50,547 nt of DNA from a virus (lineage: Duplodnaviria > Caudoviricetes): IMG/VR virus record IMGVR_UViG_3300044714_000169, positions 1 to 50,547 of that record; one strand, written 5' to 3'. The first letter of the stretch is position 1. Every line of letters begins with the position of its first letter. The translations under genes and the position numbers were made by a program. This document shows positions 1-10,900 of this stretch, piece by piece. The notes under the pieces were generated by a model. The model searched no databases. It had not been told where the DNA came from and saw only the letters and a list, made by a program, of their open reading frames with translations.

Positions 1-127
1 GTTTTCCTGAACGACTTTCGGGCGAGGTTCAGAAGCAACCGCTTTAGCGCTTTTGTTGATTTCCTCCGCGACCGCATGATCGATTTCAGGGGGAGCCTCT
101 CCTTCCATTGCTCTGGCTACGATTTTA
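1..127. repeat. Terminal direct repeat (copy 1), probably assembly overlap of a circular contig
   Basis: nt 1-127 are identical to 50421-50547. 127 is a common assembler k-mer size, and a reading frame runs straight through the junction. Confidence 0.95.
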
Positions 128-774
128 TCTACCTCGGCGGAGGGAACTCCCCTCTTCAATAATTTACCAACTAACCCCAAAGGCCCCTCGAAGGCTGCGC
201 CTAATGCAGCGCCTTTTAAACCTATAGTCAACTTCTCACCTTCCTTCGCGTTGGCGGCTTCAAACGCACCGAAGGTTAGGCTACCTTGGAGTGCTCTCTT
301 GGCGAAGGCGTTGGCAGCTAGGTCAGAGATCCCGGAAGCTTCTACCGCCTCACCCCCCGCTAAAAACGGGATCGACATTCCAGCAAACTCGCCGGCAGCG
401 GCTGGTAGATTTGATCTCCCCTCCCTCGCGGCGATGGTTTTCATCGCGGTGTCAGCATGTTCCAGGTGTTGGATGGTCTTCTTCGCATCTTTATCGTCGG
501 GGAAACCAGCGCGCGCAATCGGGGTTAACAATCCTTTTGCCGCGCCAACTCCAAACTGGGCAACTTTCAAAGCGGCAGCGTCAGTTCCCGACATCGCTGG
601 ACGTTTGGTAACCTTCTCGAACTCAGTCCAGGCCGCGATCGGATTGTCCTGTTTCCCCAAACGCGGTTTTACCACCGCGTCGAAGTATTGACGTCGAGCA
701 AGGTCGTAGGTAGCCGCCGGCATATTAGGGTCGAACGACGAAGCTACCTGACTCCATGGTTTTGGGTCTGCCAT
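1..774 (-). CDS. N-terminal part of large internal virion/ejection protein (continues across the junction to 46857; ~1445 aa total)
   Basis: ATG at 774 directly follows the TAG of the 470-aa ORF. The open frame MADPKPWSQVASSFDPNMPAATYDLARRQYF... reaches MEGEAPP at 108 (=50528) in frame, adding 222 codons. Not in the ORF track. Confidence 0.85.
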   Translation of the reverse strand, partial: MADPKPWSQVASSFDPNMPAATYDLARRQYFDAVVKPRLGKQDNPIAAWTEFEKVTKRPAMSGTDAAALKVAQFGVGAAKGLLTPIARAGFPDDKDAKKTIQHLEHADTAMKTIAAREGRSNLPAAAGEFAGMSIPFLAGGEAVEASGISDLAANAFAKRALQGSLTFGAFEAANAKEGEKLTIGLKGAALGAAFEGPLGLVGKLLKRGVPSAEVDKIVARAMEGEAPPEIDHAVAEEINKSAKAVASEPRPKVVQEN

Positions 775-2187
775 CTAAATCGGTTCCTTGGGTCCAGCCA
801 AAAATCGTTGCAGGATACTTGGTTTGTCGGGTTTAGCGTTGTCGCCGCCGGCGAATTTATGTACGGTGTCTTTGCCGGATTCGGTCAAACGGGGAGTCAT
901 TTGGATTCCGGAGGGATCGCTGAAGGTTACCCGATCCCAGAAGGTCTTTACTAGGGTGACGTCCATGTTAAATTTATTACCGAGATCAGCTTGAGCGGCT
1001 TTCATCAGGTCGGAGGGGACATTACCCCCAGCCTTTTTGATATCGACCAGCGCCTTGAAGTTATCCAACGAATCCTTCTTATCTTTGGTGGTTGCTTCAG
1101 CTTCAGCTTTGATCATTGCGGCTTCGGCGCGTTTCCAGTCAGCGCCTGCTACAGTCGCCTCGATCCCAACCTTCTCCTTCTCTAACTTCAGCCCCTCCAA
1201 CGCGATTGGCTTTAAGTTAGGAGGTAACGCGTTTAACAACCCGCCTGCTTCCGCCTTCCTCATCGTCGAACCAAGTTTGTTGAGCGGGACGCCCATCTGG
1301 ATTAAACTATCCCCCAGCTTAGCTTGATCAGCCAACTCCGCTATCGAATTGGGTCGCATCTTAGCTTTAACTTCTGGAGAGATTGATCCAGTCTCCGCCA
1401 ATTGCTTACCCGCGGTATAGGCGTCACCGGGATCGGCAAATTTCCCGGATGAGATTAGACTATCCCCCAATTTAATCCCCCACTCCTTAATCTGAGCGTC
1501 GGTAGCTGCTCCCGCGGCGATATTGATCATTTTTGATCGTTGTTCAGGAGTTGCCTTAAACCAGTTTTCGGCGTTGACGTCGAAGCGGAATTTGTTCATG
1601 CGAACGAGAGTACCGTATGCTTTATCTCCCTCTTCTCCGCCTGCGGCGACTTGTTTAACCAACGCGTTAACCTTTGCCTCGTTATCGGCGACTTCAGCTG
1701 CGTTAGCCGCGGTCTTGTTGGCGAGAGCTGCAGCTCTCTGGCCCATCTGCTGGACGATCTCCCCCATAGACTTCGGTTTCGGCTGCTGGTCCTGTCCTTG
1801 CTGAGCTTGCCCCACCTGCGCGGTAGCAGTGGAAGGTTGACCGCCAGGCTGCGCGCCAACGGAAGCTGGTTGAACAGCGGGTTGTCCCGGTGAAGGTTGC
1901 CCATTCGTCGCCTTCTGCCCAGCCAATCCAGCAACCTGATCCTCCAACTTAGTTGGTAATGGTAACCCCGACTTCTTGACCAACTTATCAAACGCTTTAG
2001 GGTCGATCGGAAACCCCTGTTGAGCCATTGCGATGGCTGCTTGCAACGATTGAGTAGCCTGAACCTTCTGAGCGTTCTTAATATTGATCATCCGCTCCAT
2101 AAACCCCATTAACTGCTCACCTGCGGGTGGTTCGTGGGGAAGGCCCGCTTGGGGTAGTACCGCCGCAACTCCAGAAAACTCAGGCAT
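775..2187 (-). CDS. Internal virion/DNA ejection protein
   Basis: 470 aa, Ala/Gln/Lys-rich and helical; AGGAG RBS; lies between the small and large ejection-like genes as in podoviruses. Confidence 0.6.
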   Translation of the reverse strand: MPEFSGVAAVLPQAGLPHEPPAGEQLMGFMERMINIKNAQKVQATQSLQAAIAMAQQGFPIDPKAFDKLVKKSGLPLPTKLEDQVAGLAGQKATNGQPSPGQPAVQPASVGAQPGGQPSTATAQVGQAQQGQDQQPKPKSMGEIVQQMGQRAAALANKTAANAAEVADNEAKVNALVKQVAAGGEEGDKAYGTLVRMNKFRFDVNAENWFKATPEQRSKMINIAAGAATDAQIKEWGIKLGDSLISSGKFADPGDAYTAGKQLAETGSISPEVKAKMRPNSIAELADQAKLGDSLIQMGVPLNKLGSTMRKAEAGGLLNALPPNLKPIALEGLKLEKEKVGIEATVAGADWKRAEAAMIKAEAEATTKDKKDSLDNFKALVDIKKAGGNVPSDLMKAAQADLGNKFNMDVTLVKTFWDRVTFSDPSGIQMTPRLTESGKDTVHKFAGGDNAKPDKPSILQRFLAGPKEPI

Positions 2188-2197
2188 AATTTTCTCC

Positions 2198-2701
2198 TTA
2201 TGCTGCCGCCAACAGATACAACATCATCGCTGCTTCACCTGCTGAAGCTACCTGACTAAACGGACTCGATCCCGATGGTGATTGAGTAACTACCGAAGTC
2301 GGTGCAAAGCTGGTAGCTAAATTACCCAAAATCTGGTCTCCCCCCAACTCCAACTCCTCGTTTTGCAACCCAAGCTGGGCGAATTGAGCTGCCTGGCTCG
2401 ACTGCACCTGCTGTCGATAATTCGTGATCGACTGCATCATGTTAGTCGAACCACCCATACCCGACGCGGCGAAGGATTCTTTCAGAGCCGCAGTTCCTTG
2501 GGCTGTTTGTTGTTGATTCGACTGGTTAATCAGACTAAACAACTGTTGCAGGTTAGTGCCACTAGTAATGCTACTCAAACTCCCCGCGAAGGTGTTTCCG
2601 AGTGCCGGTCCAGCGTTGTTAATCCCACCAGACACTCCAGGAAACATACTTACTGGAGGTGGTACTGCAGTTACTTGCGGCGTTCCACCTGTCGGCTTCA
2701 T
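2198..2701 (-). CDS. Small internal virion/ejection (pilot-like) protein
   Basis: Gly/Ser/Gln/Ala-rich 167 aa; first of three ejection-like genes after the GNAT. Confidence 0.55.
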   Translation of the reverse strand: MKPTGGTPQVTAVPPPVSMFPGVSGGINNAGPALGNTFAGSLSSITSGTNLQQLFSLINQSNQQQTAQGTAALKESFAASGMGGSTNMMQSITNYRQQVQSSQAAQFAQLGLQNEELELGGDQILGNLATSFAPTSVVTQSPSGSSPFSQVASAGEAAMMLYLLAAA

Positions 2702-3273
2702 ATGATTATATTCTCCCTACGAGTCCGATACCACTTTTCCAACAACCCAAACATAGAAACGTTGTAGTATTTACCCTTCCACAGAACCGCCTCCTGCAAC
2801 TCACCTTCAAACTTCATTCCAAACACCATCGCGAAACGGGAAGCCAGTTTGTTGTAGGAGGGGATTGGCCCACTGATTCGATGGACTTTCACCTCATAGA
2901 ACAACCAGTCGAATAACTCATACACCGGAGCTTTGTTGATGTGTAAACTGATATTCCGGTCCCAAACGATAAAGTGAACGGTAGCATCCCCACCCACTTG
3001 TAAATTACCATTAACCAAGAATAACCCGTAATCCCCGATCAAGAAGTATCGGACATTCTCGTTGGAATTGGCCAACTGCCACAAAAACCATTCGGGTTTA
3101 TCTCGACTGAAATCGTCGAAGGCGTAGTCTTGAGTCCGAACATTCGCCCAGAGTCTATCCAGATTAAATTCTTTGAATTTCGGGTCGTCTGGGTTTAACC
3201 AAACTAAATCACGAAACCCTGTAAATTTACCGATGCTACGTTCGCTTTCAAGAAGATCTGGTTGCTTGTCCAT
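2698..3273 (-). CDS. GNAT (RimL/Acetyltransf_3-like) acetyltransferase in tail module
   Basis: VHRISGPIPSYNKLASRFAMVFGMKFEGELQEAVLWKGKYYNVSMFGLL is a typical RimJ/RimL C-terminal signature; position resembles T7 gp13-like genes. Confidence 0.8.
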   Translation of the reverse strand: MDKQPDLLESERSIGKFTGFRDLVWLNPDDPKFKEFNLDRLWANVRTQDYAFDDFSRDKPEWFLWQLANSNENVRYFLIGDYGLFLVNGNLQVGGDATVHFIVWDRNISLHINKAPVYELFDWLFYEVKVHRISGPIPSYNKLASRFAMVFGMKFEGELQEAVLWKGKYYNVSMFGLLEKWYRTRRENIII

Positions 3274-3536
3274 TGTGACTTCCTCGACGCGTAGATTATC
3301 GCGGCCTGGTCGACCGAAATGACATGTAGTCCGGTGGGGATATACCCCAAGTTATGAGTAACGGTAAACTCAGTGTTAGCTGATGAAGGTGTTTCGGTTT
3401 CAAGCCAGTAACCTTGGATATTCTGTCTTCCGCTAGCTGGAGAACCAAACTCGATTTTATTAACTCCATAGGTGATCAACTTCTGTAGTATAATTCGTGG
3501 ATCGACTCCCTTTCGGATATTATCCTTAATGATCAT
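3204..3536 (-). CDS. Small tail/virion protein
   Basis: FTVTHNLGYIP motif common in tail-associated beta domains; position after nozzle genes. Confidence 0.55.
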   Translation of the reverse strand: MIIKDNIRKGVDPRIILQKLITYGVNKIEFGSPASGRQNIQGYWLETETPSSANTEFTVTHNLGYIPTGLHVISVDQAAIIYASRKSQWTSNQIFLKANVASVNLQGFVI

Positions 3537-4966
3537 ACATTCTCCACCTTCTCACCCCTATCAGCGAAATGGGGGGTGAACCCGGTTAGAGAACAGATCC
3601 CTTGACCTGGGGGTTGGTTGTTAGGTAATTTCAACATGAGTATAATTAACTCTCCGGTCGCTTCGATATCAAAAAACGCGGTCTGGTCTTTTCCATCAGC
3701 GGCAATCGAACCGATGTTTATCGAACTGGTTTTGGTATCAATTATCGGAGCGTTACCTCCAAATCCACCCGATCCGATCCCCCCTTCCGGCCCAAACGGA
3801 GCGAATTGGGGCCGGGTAGTAGTGGCGGTTAGTTCCAGAGCGCAGATTCCTAAATCTTCGTAAAACACCTCCAACCTCATTAACGTCTTTTCCATTCCCG
3901 GCATATCCCAAAATGGTTCGTTGAATATCAACGTAGCAGATTGGTCTGTTCGGCTGCTAGGTAATGTATCAGCTTTGTAAGAAGTTCCAGAGTTGGTTCC
4001 AAACGCTAATACTAACCCGGTACCCACCAACGGATTGTTGGATACTAACGGAACGGCTGATGCGGTTACCGGGATATTTAAACTCGGAACAGAGCTGTTG
4101 TTGGTGACGGTAATGGTTGCAGATGTCGGTCCGTTCTCTTCATGATTATAACCGATTATAAAGCTGGCTCGGCCGAGTGGAGGGATCGTTACCGGTAGAT
4201 TAGTTGTTAACACTACCCAGTTAGGATCGCTGGTTGTAATCGCGGTGATAGTGATACTACCTGATGAATTGGGGTTGTATAATGTTAGAAGGTCTGAGTC
4301 ATATAGAGTTAGCAAACCAGGTTGGTTGGTAGAGGTTACGAGCGCGGGGATGGCGGACCAGGGAGCCAACCCGGTGGTGGGTACGTTGTAGCTCAGAGAA
4401 AGGTATCCCCCAGTCCCTAATGAGCCCCCGACAACTGCTAAGATACTATAACCAGCAGGTGCATCAGGAATACTAATCTGCATTAACTGACCACCGCCAC
4501 CATATCCACTACTTCCATGACCCAAATAAATCGGGTCTTGCAGAACTATTGTTGCTACGTTACCAACTTCCGAAGCGGAGATAATCACCGCGCTCCGGGG
4601 GACGTCGGTAGGAAAAGCGTTATTACGAATAACGGTTAACCCAGTTGCGAACAGCGCGCTTAACTGTATTACGTAGTTGCCGACTTCGGTGTTAATTGTT
4701 AACGTACCCGGATAAGTCCCATCAACACCTTCGGTAATACTGAGATTTATCTGGACCGTTTGGTTTTTTAGAATGTTTCCGCCACTAAAACCCGACTGGC
4801 TCCAGCCTGGTCCGGTCAGTGTAACCGAAGTGACGATTACAAAACCCTGATACGCGGTTAGGCTAACCGTTGACGTTAGGGTTGATCCCGCAGCCGCCGG
4901 CCCTATACCAACATTGTCTGGATTCACCAACAAATACGAATTGACTGGCGGTCGTTGTCCTGGCAT
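3533..4966 (-). CDS. Tail protein: Ig-like (ASH/choice-of-anchor D-like) domains plus nozzle-like C-terminal domain
   Basis: Beta-sandwich repeats (GTYPGTLTINT; LPVTIPPLGRASFIIGY...SATITVTNN); C-terminal WDMPGMEKTLMRLEVFYE resembles the C-terminal part of podovirus nozzle proteins. Confidence 0.5.
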   Translation of the reverse strand: MPGQRPPVNSYLLVNPDNVGIGPAAAGSTLTSTVSLTAYQGFVIVTSVTLTGPGWSQSGFSGGNILKNQTVQINLSITEGVDGTYPGTLTINTEVGNYVIQLSALFATGLTVIRNNAFPTDVPRSAVIISASEVGNVATIVLQDPIYLGHGSSGYGGGGQLMQISIPDAPAGYSILAVVGGSLGTGGYLSLSYNVPTTGLAPWSAIPALVTSTNQPGLLTLYDSDLLTLYNPNSSGSITITAITTSDPNWVVLTTNLPVTIPPLGRASFIIGYNHEENGPTSATITVTNNSSVPSLNIPVTASAVPLVSNNPLVGTGLVLAFGTNSGTSYKADTLPSSRTDQSATLIFNEPFWDMPGMEKTLMRLEVFYEDLGICALELTATTTRPQFAPFGPEGGIGSGGFGGNAPIIDTKTSSINIGSIAADGKDQTAFFDIEATGELIILMLKLPNNQPPGQGICSLTGFTPHFADRGEKVENV

Positions 4967-4967
4967 A

Positions 4968-6080
4968 CTAACTCGTATAAATATTGTCTATGGAGCTGAT
5001 AAACCCGCTGCTGGCTTGCGTTGGCGCTTGGATCTTCACCCACGATTGATCGTCGTAGTGATAAACCCATAAGTTGGTAATTCCGTTGGCTTGAGGGCAG
5101 ATTAACCAGTATGATAAATAATCAACAGTGGGTGAGATTCTGCCAATCATAGTTGCACTAACTTGGCTAACAGAGTTTTCGACATCAGCGATTATCGACT
5201 TTTTCGCTGATCCGCCAATCGGATTTAGATTACTACCATCGAATGAATAGATGTCTTCTTCACTCCTAAACGCTGATTGAGTCCCCCAACTAGCTAGTGA
5301 GTAAGGGGTGTAAACTCCAACTCCCTTCGGGCCATTTTCGAAGCTCTGAATCAAGAATGGGATTGACGGATTACCAGTTGGAGACATTGTGGTAATCCCA
5401 TGTGATCGATAGATAAATCCGATGTTGTAGGCAACCGACCAACCCGAAATCTGGTCCTCAACTTCGGGGATATCAGTTGCACCAGACGACGGATCGATAA
5501 TCGGGTTCCATTCAGTTGGGTTGTTAATTCCACACCAACGAACTCTTCGAGGATACTGAACCGTGTTCTCAAACGTATTCAGCATGATTAATCGAGCGTC
5601 GAGCTTACCTAGAAAGAGACAACCACCGGGAACATCACCCGAATAATAGAAGTCAGGGTTTATCGCGATGTTTAGTCCGCCCCCGGTCCAGAAGGTTAAT
5701 GGTTGTAATCCTGCACTAAAGTATAACACGTTTTGATAGATTTCAATTGCCCAAGGGGTAGAAGCTGCTGGAACAAACGGGATCAGATTACTTGCGTCAA
5801 GGGGGATCCAACTAGACCCATTCCAATAGTTAAAATCGGTCGAGGTGATAGCGACCGTATGCCACCCACCAGTAACGTCTTGAAACGACCGCATCCGGAG
5901 GATTGGGTTGGTTGAAGTTACCGCGCCTAAATTGTTGAAGTTGAATCCACTTTGGATCCTACCTTTATTGATCAACCAGTTGGTGATTTGCTTAAACGAG
6001 GACGCCTTCGCCGAGACAGACGGAAGTCCATCTAACCAACCTCCCCAAGGAGGGCCGATTTGTGGTTTGCGGTATGGCAT
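4968..6080 (-). CDS. Tail nozzle/packaged-DNA stabilisation protein (P22 gp10/T7 gp12-like beta-propeller part)
   Basis: N-terminal PPWGGW and NWLINKGRI; YPRRVRWCGINNPTEW and GATDIP motifs; follows the adaptor gene. Confidence 0.7.
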   Translation of the reverse strand: MPYRKPQIGPPWGGWLDGLPSVSAKASSFKQITNWLINKGRIQSGFNFNNLGAVTSTNPILRMRSFQDVTGGWHTVAITSTDFNYWNGSSWIPLDASNLIPFVPAASTPWAIEIYQNVLYFSAGLQPLTFWTGGGLNIAINPDFYYSGDVPGGCLFLGKLDARLIMLNTFENTVQYPRRVRWCGINNPTEWNPIIDPSSGATDIPEVEDQISGWSVAYNIGFIYRSHGITTMSPTGNPSIPFLIQSFENGPKGVGVYTPYSLASWGTQSAFRSEEDIYSFDGSNLNPIGGSAKKSIIADVENSVSQVSATMIGRISPTVDYLSYWLICPQANGITNLWVYHYDDQSWVKIQAPTQASSGFISSIDNIYTS

Positions 6081-6838
6081 TATCCAGCCGTGTTGGTAAA
6101 GTTACGTCTCGGAGATCGAGGTTGAATCCCGTAGTCAACCTTAGGTGCTTGAGCTTGCCTACGAGTCATGATTTGACCGATCAACCCAGGTACGAATTTG
6201 TTGGTTAGAGGGACGGTAAAACCGAATAATAATTGTTGCAAGGCGGTGGCTTTTTCACGTTCCAATAATTCCGCGTGCCCCCGCATCTCCGCGCCATAAT
6301 CCAAAATCTCTAACCAATCGTACGGCAGTAAAATAGGAGTCTCACCAATATCCACCGCCGACTGACTGGGATCAAGAACGTTACCGCTGTCATCCAAGAT
6401 TTGAGGAAGTTGGTAATAATCGAGGATGTAGGGGTAACTTTGATCTGCATACGGAGCCAACCAGATAGTTTCATTCTGCGGGGCCCAGACTGACGGAGGA
6501 CCAGGCTCCTGAACATTAAACATTCGAACGTACTGCATGTCTTTAAAATCTGGTTGAAAAGTCGATCCGTCAGGATAGGTTAGAGTTATCGCGTCGATTA
6601 ACCGACAGTCGGGTGGGTAGGGGATGGAGCTTAAACTTCCCTGCGTTCCGGGCCCTAACGTTCCGGGGACGCTAACCTCCAACGTCTCTAACTGGTAAGA
6701 CATGCAGAGGTTGATATAGCTGTCACGGATCCAGCCCATCACCCTACTAACCGCGTTTGGAGCTACAACGCTAACCAGATCGGCACGGTTACCTAACACC
6801 GCCAATACTCTCGAAACTCTGTCGTTAAAGATCGCCAT
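6080..6838 (-). CDS. Head-tail adaptor (tail tubular protein A-like)
   Basis: GPPSVW...IWLAPYADQSY.YILDYY and PYDWLEILDYGA motifs typical of podovirus adaptors. Confidence 0.7.
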   Translation of the reverse strand: MAIFNDRVSRVLAVLGNRADLVSVVAPNAVSRVMGWIRDSYINLCMSYQLETLEVSVPGTLGPGTQGSLSSIPYPPDCRLIDAITLTYPDGSTFQPDFKDMQYVRMFNVQEPGPPSVWAPQNETIWLAPYADQSYPYILDYYQLPQILDDSGNVLDPSQSAVDIGETPILLPYDWLEILDYGAEMRGHAELLEREKATALQQLLFGFTVPLTNKFVPGLIGQIMTRRQAQAPKVDYGIQPRSPRRNFTNTAG

Positions 6839-6839
6839 G

Positions 6840-7724
6840 TTAGTCGTGTACCGCGATACAGTTGATGGTTGTAAAATTGGCCGCTACCGCCGTTAACGCA
6901 GCAGTTTGTACGGTGATGGAAGTTCCAGATTTGGTTCCCGTTCCATCCATGCCTTGGATAATTGGGGCCCCACTAGTTGGTAAATCGCCAGTACAGCTAA
7001 CCGTATAGTTGGTATCAGCGAAGGGGGTATTCCAAGTTACGGTTGTGGAGCAAGTCGCAAATTGAGTAGCTGCTGTGGTACAGCCAGCCACACGTTTGGT
7101 TACGTTACACCCGAAACCGGAATCGTGCATGACTCCTGCAGCGCTGGTACCCCAAACACTCACAAGGCAGTGGCCAGCAGAAGTTGATCCCTGAGTGCCG
7201 CTGATTGCTAAGATAACTCCCGCCGCCGCTGTAGTACCCCCCTCTGCTAAGTCCGGGTAGGTAAATGTTGTGCTTGCTAGTAGAGACGAAACACCCCCAC
7301 CGGTGCGAGGCCCTGCTTGAGTAAACATTCCGAAGCCGTTGTTAAACTGTTCGAGAAAGAGGTTGTTGGTTCCGATAATTACCGAACCGTTATTTACCCA
7401 GAGAGAGTTTTCAAGTTCGAGCCCGGTACTCATCTCGAAAAATCCCGTGCAGCAGGAATCGGTTGAAACGTTAAGGATCGGTCCACTAACCGTACTAAGC
7501 TGAATACTGTTGAATAGGAAAGTTCCCGCCAAATAACTATCAAGGCAGGACCAATTTGCGTTAAGGAGGGGAACGTAGTTTTGGGTTCCTTGGGTGGGGA
7601 TGTTAAACCCGTAATTCGGGGTTACGGAGGGAGATGTAGAACAGGGAATCTGCGCGAATGCGGTCGCTCCGATCAGCAACAGCAAACTAAAACCGAAGCT
7701 CTTGAGGATCTTTGAATAGTTCAT
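6840..7724 (-). CDS. Tail fibre-like protein with predicted Sec signal peptide
   Basis: Start at ATG 7724: MNYSKILKSFGFSLLLLIGATAFA-Q. Followed by fibre anchor-like TPNYGFNIP...LLNANWSCLDSYL and C-terminal TVTWNTPFADTNYTVSC (gp53/H-lectin-like). Confidence 0.65.
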   Translation of the reverse strand: MNYSKILKSFGFSLLLLIGATAFAQIPCSTSPSVTPNYGFNIPTQGTQNYVPLLNANWSCLDSYLAGTFLFNSIQLSTVSGPILNVSTDSCCTGFFEMSTGLELENSLWVNNGSVIIGTNNLFLEQFNNGFGMFTQAGPRTGGGVSSLLASTTFTYPDLAEGGTTAAAGVILAISGTQGSTSAGHCLVSVWGTSAAGVMHDSGFGCNVTKRVAGCTTAATQFATCSTTVTWNTPFADTNYTVSCTGDLPTSGAPIIQGMDGTGTKSGTSITVQTAALTAVAANFTTINCIAVHD

Positions 7725-7929
7725 TTTTGTCGCTTTTTCCTTCCTGATTATCACGTAAAATCTCCGCGATTATCCTACTTCGGTAGTAGATTGACAGATC
7801 GTCGTAGCAACCATGGTCGCGGCACAGTTTTTTCCCTTGCTGCATAAAGAGCATGCTGATTGGGTGTTCGAACCCACATCGGTCGCAGACATCCCATTGT
7901 TCCCTCCAAATTCCGTGATGACGCGGCAT
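7687..7929 (-). CDS. Small Cys-rich (zinc-finger-like) protein
   Basis: CDRC...LCRDHGCYD; in operon order. Confidence 0.6.
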   Translation of the reverse strand: MPRHHGIWREQWDVCDRCGFEHPISMLFMQQGKKLCRDHGCYDDLSIYYRSRIIAEILRDNQEGKSDKNELFKDPQELRF

Positions 7930-7937
7930 TTTGATCC

Positions 7938-10900
7938 TTAATCAACTTGAGTCAGATGGCACGCTGCGTTGGCGCCAATGGTGATTGAGTTTGTTCCATT
8001 GGCCTTGGTTTGGAGTTGTAGCTGGGTTCCACTAGAAGTCGTACCGTTTTGAAGCTGAGCGAACACATGAACCATTTCTGTCGCAGCACCTGGAGCACCA
8101 GATGCGCCGGTTGCCGTTGCCCACGAAGCGGCGGCAAAGGTATTGATCTGGGCGTATGCGGCAGAAGCACCGATCGGGCCATCAGCGGCTAACGAATAAG
8201 AAGTTGGCGAGCCTGGGCCAGCAAACGTGAACGCCACCGTGGCGCTTGCTGCGAAGGTGATAGGGATTTGGCAGTCGAGTGTATAGTTCTTACTTGCCAC
8301 CAAGCTCCACGCCATTCCCGTAATGGTTGTGGCGGTTGCGGTGGTCTGCGCACTCATAGCGGTGGTTGTGAAGCCTACTGACTGATCGATGAGGCCTGCG
8401 GTCTTATTGCTGCTGTTGGATAAAAAGCCAGTGATTAAGAACTGACCGTCGTTTACGCAGCCAACTCCAATCGCCTGATCTCCACAGTACCGGTAAAAAA
8501 CATCTGAGACAGTCCCTGGAAGATTGTATCCAGTCACAAGATTAGAGATGACATTGGTCTGACATCTACCGGAAGTGTTACCGAAAATTTGCACCAGGCC
8601 AAGCAAGTTGGTATTCGCGTGCGTCATGGTGATGCAGGTATTGAGGTTTCCAGCGCCGAGGTTGAACCCATTCATTGCAAAGTCGCGGACGTTGACCAGC
8701 TCCAGAAGGTGGCCCGGTTGCTGAGTTCCTACGTCTACCCAAACTAGAGAGCCGGCGCCGTCCGCGCAAGTGGCCCCGGTGGTATAACTGGTACAGCCGG
8801 CGCCGCTCCACACTGGTTGCGTGGTTCCACTGGTACCAGCCGTTTGCACCATGTAGTAGTGGTTCGATGCGTTATTGGACGTGGGCTTGATCCAGTTCCC
8901 TGTCGTGGCGGGAACGGTGCCCAGATTGTATTGGGTGCTTGCCACCCAAGCCGGGGCTGTTCCTCCAATTTCAGTGTATCCACCAGATTCACGGTAACCA
9001 ATCAACGCCTGCGTGGGCGTTGTGTCGTTGGTCGATCCATCAGCACAATCCAGCGCTCCCTCTCCACTTGCACAGCCCGTGCCTAGCGGAGCACCGTCAA
9101 ACCCAACGTTGATGAGTTGAACGTTAACTGAGTTCCCACCCGGCCCGGTAACGAACTCGCGAGGTATGCATCCGGGGTCACCAGAGCAGGCGATACTTCC
9201 GTCCTCGAAAATTGCACTGTTGATGTTTCCTGAAGTTCCGCTGCTGGCGAGATAAAGCAGTATTGTGTTTGAAGCGCCTGTAATCGTGAAGTTTCTAACC
9301 AACGCTTGTCCGTTTACACCCACAACCGCCATCGCGGCCGTAAGAGTTGTCCCAGTGTTGCTTGGCTGGATTAAGATACCATCAGCGTCGAAGCGGGTTT
9401 GCGTGAAGTTCGAGCTTCCTGTTTGACCCGGCACACCCGCATTAGTGAAGAGATAGCGGTAGGTGGACGAGGCTGCGGAGCTGAGCAATGGATAAGACCC
9501 CGCCCCAAGATTCGATCCATGCGGGTTGGGCCATCGCAGAGTTCCCTGAGTACCCATCTGGAGGCAGTCAGTATTGCTATTCCCTCCAGTCGGACATATC
9601 CAATCTTCTCCCAGGTTTTCAAGCACAACGTGTTGGCCGTTGTTGTTGGTTGGTGAACTTGCCGCTACGCCAAACGTCGCACAAGGTGTGTTTGCTGCAG
9701 CCGTGGTGCAGACGTTGCGGCTTACTCCCATGTTGTCCCCAATGACGTGGCAGGGGATTGCGCTTGAGGCGTTGCACATGGCAATTAAAGCTGCGACTGT
9801 GGTTGTGCTTGAGTAGCACGAGGAGTGGATGACGTTGTTGAGGGGAAGGCAAGTTACCACGGCAACATTGAAAGTTTTCAACGTGGCCGTCAGACGTTCA
9901 AGGTAACTCGCGTTGTCACCCACATTAGCGATGTAGTTGGAAATGGAAACAGGTGCCCCAAAAGCGAGCTGCGCGCCGGAAGCGGAGGTAGCAGCGCCGT
10001 TATCCAGACCAATATAGGTATCGCTCGCATCGTTCGTGGGTCGCATGCCAGGGGTTGAGAGAGTCTTAGCTGAGTTGGAATCCACCAGCGTGATTTTGTG
10101 AGTCCCGGCGATCGAGCCGTTGAACTGCTGGCCTTGTTCGAATACCAGTCTTCCTTTGAGCCCGGTAGCGGCTGCACCACCAAAGCCTTCGTTTAACGTG
10201 AGAGCGCCTGGAGCCGAGCTGCTTCCGGTGTTATTCTCAGGACATGATACCCACGCTCCACCCGGACTGCTTACGCACTGCTGAGCAAAAAATCTTGGGG
10301 TAAGCGCCCCCCAACTGCTGACTGGTTCACTTACCGGGTTGGTGCTGTTGGCTACGTTGTCTCCAAAACGATCGAAGGAGACACCCGATGGAGAGGGCGA
10401 GGATCCTACCGAATCGGAGGTCTGAGTAGCGATGACGGAACCGGGCCAGAAGACTCCAGCACCAGTCCCATTGCCAAGCGCTGGGTAATAGGTTGGGGTG
10501 TTGGTTACCGTGTAGCTGGTCGTGTTTGTCGATGCGGTATCACTAAAGGAACAGATGTTTGCCGTTCCAACGGTTGAACAAGCTGCTCCGACAGTCAATC
10601 CAGTCGCTACTGAACCACAAGTGGTCGTAGAGCCCCCGCCGCAGATTGCGGTGTAGGGAGCAGGGCTATTCGCGGCGCCGGATGTTCGAATCACGTCGTA
10701 GGTAATGGTGCCTGTGGTTCCGAACTGCGGCCAGACAACCGGGATGCTCCCAGAACCGTTGGTCAGAGCGATGCCGGCGAGAAACGGGGCGCTAGTAATC
10801 GAACCGGTAGAGCTGTGCACGACGATATAGTAGTTATACTGGGTCGCGCCGGTATTCGCGAAGAGTGGCGCGGCTCCTACCGGACCAACCGAGTTCTTGA

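Noticed and set aside
1-127. 127-bp terminal repeat as biological DTR
   Set aside because: It lies mid-gene and its length matches an assembler k-mer; best explained as circular overlap
251-1893. Plus-strand ORFs over the ejection genes (and similar antisense ORFs across the structural arm)
   Set aside because: Shadow frames opposite well-supported minus-strand genes; no RBS or motifs
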